Shown: piece after piece, positions 26,901 to 32,000 of the stretch
Layout of the letters: every line of letters starts with the position of its first letter
How positions within the stretch are numbered: the stretch's first letter is position 1
Notes under the pieces: generated by a model
Seen by the model: only the letters and a program-made list of their open reading frames with translations
What the model was told of the DNA's origin: nothing
The model's database searches: none
Origin: Nostoc sp. PCC 7120 = FACHB-418
Lineage (GTDB): Bacteria; Cyanobacteriota; Cyanobacteriia; Cyanobacteriales; Nostocaceae
Assembly: GCF_000009705.1 (NCBI RefSeq)
Contig: NC_003272.1
Location: 4,020,001-4,052,000 of the forward strand
Direction of reading: 5' to 3'
DNA length: 32,000 nucleotides
Made by a program: the position numbers and the translations under genes

Positions 26901-28205
26901 ATTACCAAAAAATCCTCTGAGGGTATCATTACCTAAACCACCGAATAACTGATCTGGGGAGTTAGTACCATCGATAGTTTGATTAAGGTTAACGGTGTTG
27001 AAGATGAAATCACTAGCTTGGAGTAGGTTTGGATTGATATTCAGTAGTTTGATTTGCGACTGATCACCATTGAAGAAGGTAGTAATTAAAGCATTATTCT
27101 GACCATCATTACTAATGAGTAATTGCAGGGTAGCCCAATCATTAATATTCAGGTTTCTGAGGTCAATCTTGTCTTGTCCACGTACAAAATCTGTGACTAC
27201 ATCATTGTCTTGTAGTTGTTCCAAGTTAAAGACATCATTACCAGCACCACCGTAGAAAGTATCGTTACCCCGACCACCCTCAAAACGGTCATCACCTTGT
27301 TCACCAAACAAGACATCATTACCAAAAAATCCTCTGAGGGTATCATTACCTAAACCACCGAATAACTGATCTGCGAAGTTAGTCCCATCGATAGTTTGAT
27401 TGAGGTTAACAGTGTTGAAGATGAAATCACTAGCTTGCAGTAGGTTTGGATTGATATTCAGTAGTTTGATTTGTGACTGAGAACCATTGAAGAAGGTAGT
27501 AATTAAGGCATTGTCTTGACCATCATTACTAATGAGTAATTGCAGGGTAGCCCAATCATTAATATTCAGGTTTCTGAGGTCAATTTTGTCTTGTCCACGG
27601 ACAAAATCTGTAACTACATCATTGTCTTGCTGCTGTTCCAAGTTAAAGACATCATTACCAGCACCACCATAGAAAGTATCGTTACCCCGACCACCTTCAA
27701 AACGGTCATCGCCTTGTTCACCAAATAAGACATCATTACCATTAAATCCTCTGAGGGTATCATTACCTAAACCACCGAATAACTGATCTGCGAAGTTAGT
27801 CCCATCGATAGTTTGATTGAGGTTAACAGTGTTGAAGATGAAATCACTAGCTTGCAGTAGGTTTGGATTGATATTCAGTAGTTTGATTTGTGACTGAGAA
27901 CCATTGAAGAAGGTAGTAATTAAGGCATTGTCTTGACCATCATTACTAATGAGTAATTGTAGGGTAGCCCAATCATTAATATTCAGGTTTCTGAGGTCAA
28001 TTTTGTCTTGTCCACGCACAAAATCTGTAACTACATCATTGTCTTGCTGCTGTTCCAAGTTAAAGACATCATTACCTGTACCTCCGGTTAAAGTATCGTT
28101 ACCTCGACCACCTTCAAAGCGGTCATTACCACCCAATCCCTCAATAATATCGTTTCCAGTAGTCCCGATTAAGTTGTCGTCGTTGTTGGTTCCTCGAATA
28201 ACCAT
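23919..28205 (-). CDS. Giant RTX (hemolysin-type Ca-binding repeat) / Calx-beta protein, probable T1SS-secreted adhesin or surface protein
   Basis: 1428 aa and no N-terminal signal peptide. It contains many GGxGNDxL/F nonapeptides, five 139-aa tandem modules, three Calx-beta-like domains (VTEDG...TATLNTDY...ETVALTL...TITNDD), a C-terminal RTX block and an RTX-type C-terminal domain (...IVLSKATF...LFYNRDGNVLG...FARLGNPDITLSSSDFSLIA). Confidence 0.9.
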   Translation of the reverse strand: MVIRGTNNDDNLIGTTGNDIIEGLGGNDRFEGGRGNDTLTGGTGNDVFNLEQQQDNDVVTDFVRGQDKIDLRNLNINDWATLQLLISNDGQDNALITTFFNGSQSQIKLLNINPNLLQASDFIFNTVNLNQTIDGTNFADQLFGGLGNDTLRGFNGNDVLFGEQGDDRFEGGRGNDTFYGGAGNDVFNLEQQQDNDVVTDFVRGQDKIDLRNLNINDWATLQLLISNDGQDNALITTFFNGSQSQIKLLNINPNLLQASDFIFNTVNLNQTIDGTNFADQLFGGLGNDTLRGFFGNDVLFGEQGDDRFEGGRGNDTFYGGAGNDVFNLEQLQDNDVVTDFVRGQDKIDLRNLNINDWATLQLLISNDGQNNALITTFFNGDQSQIKLLNINPNLLQASDFIFNTVNLNQTIDGTNSPDQLFGGLGNDTLRGFFGNDVLFGEQGDDRFEGGRGNDTFYGGAGNDVFNLEQLQDNDVVTDFVQGQDKIDIRNLNINDWATLQLLISNDGQDNALITTFFNGDQSQIKLLNINPNLLQASDFIFNTVNLNQTIDGTNSPDQLFGGLGNDTLRGFFGNDVLFGEQGDDRFEGGRGNDTFYGGAGNDVFNLEQLQDNDVVIDFVQGQDKIDIRSLNISDWATLQLLISNDGQNNALITTFFNGDQSQIKLNNINPNLLQASDFIFNTNTVNLNQTIDGTNSPDQLFGGLGNDTLRGFFGNDVLFGEQGDDRFEGGAGNDTFYGGTGNDIAVYLGTRSQYQVTSNGGVFTVTDTVANRDGVDTLREVEQIQFSDQTITIGNTSPTITLAVSPASVTEDGTPNLIYTFTRTGSTTNALTVNYSVAGTATLNTDYAQTGAASFTATTGTITFAVGASTAILTINPTADTTVESNETVALTLASGTGYTVGTTTAVTGTITNDDFPSITLAVSPASVTEDGTPNLIYTFTRTGSTTNALTINFGVAGTATLNTDYAQSGAASFTATTGTITFAAGASTAILTINPTADTTVESNETVALTLASGTGYTVGTTTAVTGTITNDDTLPTGITINLSGSQTIVEGNSSPQNVTYTVTLSQASSQIITVQYATANGTATAGSDYTSTTGTLTFNPGETSKVINIPILNDSVNEANETFTLRLTSPTNATLGTTNTVTTTITDTLSASVTTTLPTNVENLTLTGTAAINGTGNAGNNILTGNSGNNILSGGAGNDTYAFVANAALGTDTITETATGGIDTIDFNGSTATVRVNLGVTTSQTVNNNLKLILSANNVIENATGGTGNDRLTGNALNNILAGGNGNDQLQGLAGNDTLWGGLGDDILTGGIGQDKYLFQSSGVFSSSLGVDYISQFDVGQDQIVLSKATFNAVTNSAGQALTDFAVVSDDEFVNASSARIVYSQGSGSLFYNRDGNVLGTSTVFEFARLGNPDITLSSSDFSLIA
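25105..25818 (-). repeat. Two near-identical 357-bp (119-aa) Calx-beta units in tandem
   Basis: TCATC(A/G)TTAGTAATGGTTCCAGTGACGGCTGTTGTTGTACCGACTGTATAACCTGT... begins at 25105 and again at 25462 (offset 357), with only scattered substitutions. Confidence 0.9.
25960..28205 (-). repeat. Tandem array of 417-bp (139-aa) coding repeats: about five full units plus flanks
   Basis: The landmark TCATTACC(A/T)G recurs at 25978, 26401, 26818, 27235, 27652 and 28069. Offsets are 423 (a 6-nt insertion), then 417 four times. Stretches of 60 nt or more are identical between neighbours. Confidence 0.95.
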
Positions 28206-28408
28206 ATTTGTATTGTCCCTTTGGGTATAAAGATGTTTTTGATAAGAGTTGATGGACTGTGCAAGGGAATGTAAATTTCATCACACCTACATTCCTTTAA
28301 CACGATAAATAGTTAGCATAGGAATTTGTTAGCAATTTCTGCCAATTGCATTGCACTTTCATGCCAATTTGGCTGCACACTGTTGCTAAATACCGTAAAA
28401 TCTCACAA

Positions 28409-28434
28409 GCAGATATCTCTACATAGATATCTGC
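28409..28434. promoter_or_regulatory. Perfect 10-bp inverted repeat GCAGATATCT-N6-AGATATCTGC between the kinase stop and the RTX gene start
   Basis: Read directly. It is ~100 nt downstream of the CHASE2-kinase stop (28537) and ~205 nt upstream of the RTX ATG (28205) on the minus strand. It could be an operator or a terminator stem. Confidence 0.4.
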
Positions 28435-28536
28435 ATTGTATTGAGAGTGGGATAATATTAATTCATCATTGGCAGGATGTAACGCTGGTCTTTATGCGAT
28501 CGCTTAACCCTACATCTTTTGGCAAGCTGTCAGTTA

Positions 28537-30432
28537 TTAAAATAATCGACAAAACCCCATTTTCTTAGCATACCAAGTCAGCTGACAAACCACACCATTC
28601 GGAGAATTAAGATAACGCTTAAATTCACCACCCAACTGGTTTGCCAAATTTTGCGCTAGTTTTGTTCCCAAGCCTGAGTGTGAGGATAAATCAGCAATTT
28701 TTTCAATCTTTAAACCATTATCTGCTACTCGAATGATATTTTTACCATGTTCTTGAGTGCAAATAACTTCTAAACGAGTAGCACCATAAGCATATTTTTT
28801 GACATTATATAAGGCTTCTTTTAAGAAGTTACACAGGCTTTGTTTCTGTGCGATGGTTAAATTGCGTTCATCCATCGACTCAAATTTGAGTATCTTGTGT
28901 TTTATATTATCGAAGTAACTATAATTTTGCTCTAGACTTTCGCTATAAACTTCAAAGAGAATTTCATCCAGTGGTTGAGATAAATCTAATCTTGAGTATG
29001 GTAAGTAATCAGCATCATTTAATCCACTGAGAGTTTCTCCTTTAACTAAATCATAAACATCGCGCAGTTCTTGATTTAGTTGCTGAAGCTTCAATATAAA
29101 ATCTTGAGGAGATAATCTTTGATCATCTTGAACTTCTCTTAATATAATGTTCAAGGTTTGCAAGGGATGACTATGGATGGCATCAAAAGTTTGGTCAATA
29201 ATTAGCTGTCGATATTGTAAGCAATAACGTAAGGATTCATCATATCTATGAAAGGCTGCTAAACCTACACCGTTGAAAAATAAAGTTAAAAATGCGGGGA
29301 TAATTGGTATCCACCAACCAATAATAATGAGTCCATAACATATAAAGACTAAACAAATACTAGCTATAGTAATAAAAATAAGCACCCTGAAAGGATCACG
29401 AATCACACGCCCTATAATTAAACCTAAAATCCCCCAAAAAATAATCCACAAATATTCCCATATATCTGCTAAGACATTGACCATCGGACGGTTATCCAAT
29501 GCAGCACTAACCAACTGGCTAACAATATATGCGTGGACTTCAACCCCATAAATTAGATCTGGATGTTTACTATTTATAGTAGATGAAACTGCATAATCTT
29601 TATGACTATAACTAGCCATACCAATCAGAATAATCTTGCCACGAATCTGCTCAGGATTAACCTTGCCGCTTTGCATTTCTGACAGGGAAACTATAGGAAA
29701 AGTTTTGCCTTGATTACGAAAATTAATGAGTATTTGACTACCTCCAGCATCAGCTTGCACATATCCGCCTGAATTAGGCTGAAAACGTGGCAATTCAGTG
29801 GCTCCAAATTTTATATTATAGGTGTCATTATCAACATTCCCTGGAGGGATACCTTGAGTTTTTAAATAAGTTTCTGCTAATTTAATAGGAAAAGAGAATT
29901 TCCATTCTCTTTCTCGATTAGATATTGCTAACAAACTACGTCTTTGTTTGCCATCGGAGTCAATAATGGTTTTACTAAAGCCTATTTGTGATTCTGGTAA
30001 ACTTGGTGGTAGATTAAAAGTCAAACCACTAATATCGGGCAGAATTTTTTCAACCGCAATTAAATTTTTAATTTTTATGAAGGTTTGAACAAGTTCTTCA
30101 TATCCAGATTCTTCAGGGAAATATCTAATAATGTCTAGTCCAATAACAGCAGGCTGATGTTTGTGTAAATTCTGCAATAATAATGCGATATCTCTATCAG
30201 AGATTGGATCTATTCCACGCTGATTAATGTCATTTTCATTCATACCTATGATCAGAATTCTTTGATCAATTTTCTCCTGGGGACGTAGTTGCATCAAGGT
30301 ATCAAATGCAGCCCATTCCAGAAATTGTAATGAACCCACTAATCGCAGTGAGGTAACAAAAATAATGGCAGTTATTCCTACACGCCAAATATGATTATCT
30401 GAATTTACTTTTGTCCAAATTTGGCGGATCAT
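28537..30432 (-). CDS. CHASE2-domain sensor histidine kinase (HisKA_3-type)
   Basis: 631 aa. An N-terminal TM segment is followed by a CHASE2-like extracytoplasmic region (FLEWAAFDTLMQLRP...ILIIGMNENDI...). A cluster of TM helices covers residues ~320-400. H-box FDAIHSHPLQTL, N-box EALYNVKKYA, VADNG and SGLGTKL. Confidence 0.85.
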   Translation of the reverse strand: MIRQIWTKVNSDNHIWRVGITAIIFVTSLRLVGSLQFLEWAAFDTLMQLRPQEKIDQRILIIGMNENDINQRGIDPISDRDIALLLQNLHKHQPAVIGLDIIRYFPEESGYEELVQTFIKIKNLIAVEKILPDISGLTFNLPPSLPESQIGFSKTIIDSDGKQRRSLLAISNREREWKFSFPIKLAETYLKTQGIPPGNVDNDTYNIKFGATELPRFQPNSGGYVQADAGGSQILINFRNQGKTFPIVSLSEMQSGKVNPEQIRGKIILIGMASYSHKDYAVSSTINSKHPDLIYGVEVHAYIVSQLVSAALDNRPMVNVLADIWEYLWIIFWGILGLIIGRVIRDPFRVLIFITIASICLVFICYGLIIIGWWIPIIPAFLTLFFNGVGLAAFHRYDESLRYCLQYRQLIIDQTFDAIHSHPLQTLNIILREVQDDQRLSPQDFILKLQQLNQELRDVYDLVKGETLSGLNDADYLPYSRLDLSQPLDEILFEVYSESLEQNYSYFDNIKHKILKFESMDERNLTIAQKQSLCNFLKEALYNVKKYAYGATRLEVICTQEHGKNIIRVADNGLKIEKIADLSSHSGLGTKLAQNLANQLGGEFKRYLNSPNGVVCQLTWYAKKMGFCRLF

Positions 30433-30502
30433 ATATATTTTTTTAGTATAGGTTTTTATTTATTGTTTTGGCGACAAATAAATATTGAATATCAATGATT
30501 GA

Positions 30503-31174
30503 TTAATCAATTAAACCTTCTTCTCTGGCACGAATTTCTGATTGAATTCTTAAATTTTTGCCTTCATCTGGATAAACTCCTAAAGCATCATAAATTTTAC
30601 TCCAATAGTGCCTGACAGTTCTTTCAGCAACGTTCATTCTTTGTCCAATAAAGATATCTTGTAAACCTTCTTTAAAAGCTAGTTGTAAAACCTCTAGCCA
30701 TTCTGGTTTTACTTCCAAGCCAGAACGTATCTCTTTAGGTGTGTTATGCAAACCTTTGAGAGACCAATCAACTTTGCTTAACATTTCACTCATGGGTAAG
30801 CTTTTATCTGCAACTGTAAAACCACCTTCGTGATTGCTAATTGCTGCTTTTAATCTTACTAAAGCACGAGGATTAGCAGTCTGAATCACAATATTGAGAG
30901 TCGGATATTGCCTCATTAAAGTTTTAATAAGTTGAAGACCATTATTAGTTTGGGCAGTGCTGCCAACTTTCTCTGGCATAGCTAAATCAATTATCATGAG
31001 GTCAAATTTCCCGCTTATCGTATGATTGAGGGCCGATTTTATAGTTTGTGCCTGGACAATATCTGCTTCTGGATAAAGTTGTTTTAAGACATGAAAGGTT
31101 GCATATAAAACAGATTCGTGATCATCAATTACTAAAATTTTATATTTGTTAATATTCTGTAATATTCTCTGCAT
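30503..31174 (-). CDS. NarL/FixJ-family response regulator (REC + LuxR-type HTH)
   Basis: REC: ILVIDDHE...DLMIIDLAMPE...VIQTANP...DKS. C-terminal HTH: IGQRMNVAERTVRHYWSKIYDALGV. Confidence 0.9.
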   Translation of the reverse strand: MQRILQNINKYKILVIDDHESVLYATFHVLKQLYPEADIVQAQTIKSALNHTISGKFDLMIIDLAMPEKVGSTAQTNNGLQLIKTLMRQYPTLNIVIQTANPRALVRLKAAISNHEGGFTVADKSLPMSEMLSKVDWSLKGLHNTPKEIRSGLEVKPEWLEVLQLAFKEGLQDIFIGQRMNVAERTVRHYWSKIYDALGVYPDEGKNLRIQSEIRAREEGLID

Positions 31175-31423
31175 ATATAACTTTTTCTTATTGATGAGAA
31201 GGCAGCATGAAGTAAATTATATTATCAGTAATATAATTGGGTTTTACGCATAAAAATGAAAAATCAAGGCTGTGGGGGTTATGAGGTATCTTGATTTAAT
31301 TATTAGTTTTTTCCTTTACCCCTAGTCTTCATAGACAATATGGGCAGGTAAGTCCTAATAATATCAAGATTTATCAATCCTAAATCATGAATTAGTTGAC
31401 TTTTGGCAGGTGATAATGTACGT

Positions 31424-32000
31424 TTACCGTCGCCAAATAAAACACCATATCTCTGTGTTATTGTTGCAATGATAGAAACATTTACCAATCATAAAAAACT
31501 TAAAAATAAGCCGGATATAATCTAGCTCTGTAAAATTAGATATGTAAGTTTGCTGTGGGATTTTTGTATCAGTTATTTGGACTGTAAGCTCTGCACAATT
31601 TTCACTATCTTTCAATCTGATATATATCGATAATCGGGAGGATAGATTTCCTGCGGCGATTTGCATGAACTCCTCTAATATCATCAAAAGAAAACAGCTA
31701 GTAGAAGGCAATTCTTGATGCCATACTGTAGGTAATTCAATTTTTAAATTTAAGCCGGGAAGGCGCGCTTTCCATTTATTTAGTAAATGCCAAATTGCTA
31801 GCGGTAAACTATTGTCAATATGTGCAGGATATAAATAATCGCTGAGTTCTTTTAAAGAATGATGAAACTTTTCGATAGTTGCCAAGTAATATTTTGCTTC
31901 TGGCTGTTGATAAAAAGCGGGATTTATGGATGATACTTCTAAATATCGTCGTATCACAAATGATTCTTGTAGCAAACCATTTTGAATGGCTTCTCCTTCG
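31424..32000 (-). CDS. Histidine-kinase-like protein, C-terminal part only (runs off the right edge), with degenerate catalytic motifs
   Basis: The track entry starts at TTG 31975, but the frame stays open to base 32000 (...EGEAIQNGLLQESFVIRRYLE...). The layout matches HisKA_3 + HATPase_c (..LSDYLYPAHIDNSLPLAIWHLL.., ILEEFMQIAAGN.., VQITDTK..), but the key residues are substituted (see findings). Confidence 0.55.
   Translation of the reverse strand, partial: EGEAIQNGLLQESFVIRRYLEVSSINPAFYQQPEAKYYLATIEKFHHSLKELSDYLYPAHIDNSLPLAIWHLLNKWKARLPGLNLKIELPTVWHQELPSTSCFLLMILEEFMQIAAGNLSSRLSIYIRLKDSENCAELTVQITDTKIPQQTYISNFTELDYIRLIFKFFMIGKCFYHCNNNTEIWCFIWRR

Noticed and set aside
25960-28205. Regular tandem repeats that could superficially suggest a CRISPR array
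   Set aside because: The period is 417 bp, with no short repeat/unique spacer alternation. All units are in frame within one 1428-aa ORF encoding RTX motifs, and there are no cas genes.
28326-28568. 80-aa plus-strand ORF in the kinase/RTX spacer
   Set aside because: It has a TTG start and no RBS, overlaps the 3-prime end of the CHASE2 kinase on the opposite strand, and its composition is typical of AT-rich non-coding sequence.
31303-31488. 61-aa minus-strand ORF overlapping the end of the kinase-like gene
   Set aside because: It overlaps the 31424..32000 CDS out of frame, is short, and has no motif or RBS.
1-32000. tRNA, rRNA, tmRNA, transposase/integrase, toxin-antitoxin pairs, restriction-modification genes and T1SS export genes
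   Set aside because: I looked for them (T-loop GGTTCGAATCC-type motifs, IS-like inverted ends, small paired ORFs, ABC/MFP/TolC next to the RTX gene) and saw none. This absence rests on visual inspection only.

Overview
This 32-kb chromosomal segment looks like a filamentous (Nostocales-type) cyanobacterium. Supporting signs are 17 exact HIP1 octamers (GCGATCGC), STRR-like heptamer/octamer tandem repeats in spacers, and the acpP-fabF-tkt block. All homology calls are by-eye motif recognition; no searches were run.

Content from left to right:
1. The end of a probable contractile-injection-system (phage-tail-like) locus: a DUF4255/Pvc16-like gene plus an unknown gene that runs off the left edge.
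2. A co-directional pair: a PilT-family ATPase with a proline-rich N-terminal extension, followed by an elongated KaiB-like protein.
3. A HIP1-free stretch with a long AT-rich spacer, a small membrane protein and an orphan Lhr-like SF2 helicase preceded by twin perfect 20-bp palindromes.
4. A NitT/TauT (NrtA/CmpA-type) ABC transporter operon that ends in a translationally coupled pentapeptide-repeat protein.
5. A housekeeping block: RmlD-like reductase, small secreted protein, tandem double histidine phosphatase, degenerate dihydroorotase-like protein carrying an in-frame repeat insertion, crcB, HdrB-like CCG protein, acpP, fabF and tkt.
6. A CsgG-like protein convergent with a 1428-aa RTX/Calx-beta protein built from near-identical 417-bp tandem repeats.
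7. An AT-rich, HIP1-free two-component cluster directly upstream of that giant gene: a degenerate kinase-like protein, a NarL-type response regulator and a CHASE2 histidine kinase.

I found no rRNA, tRNA, CRISPR array, transposase/integrase or recognisable defence gene.

The best leads for something undescribed are the PilT-like/long-KaiB pair, the pseudo-kinase/RR/CHASE2-kinase module coupled to the repeat-expanded RTX protein, and the CIS-locus edge. None is demonstrated by the sequence alone.
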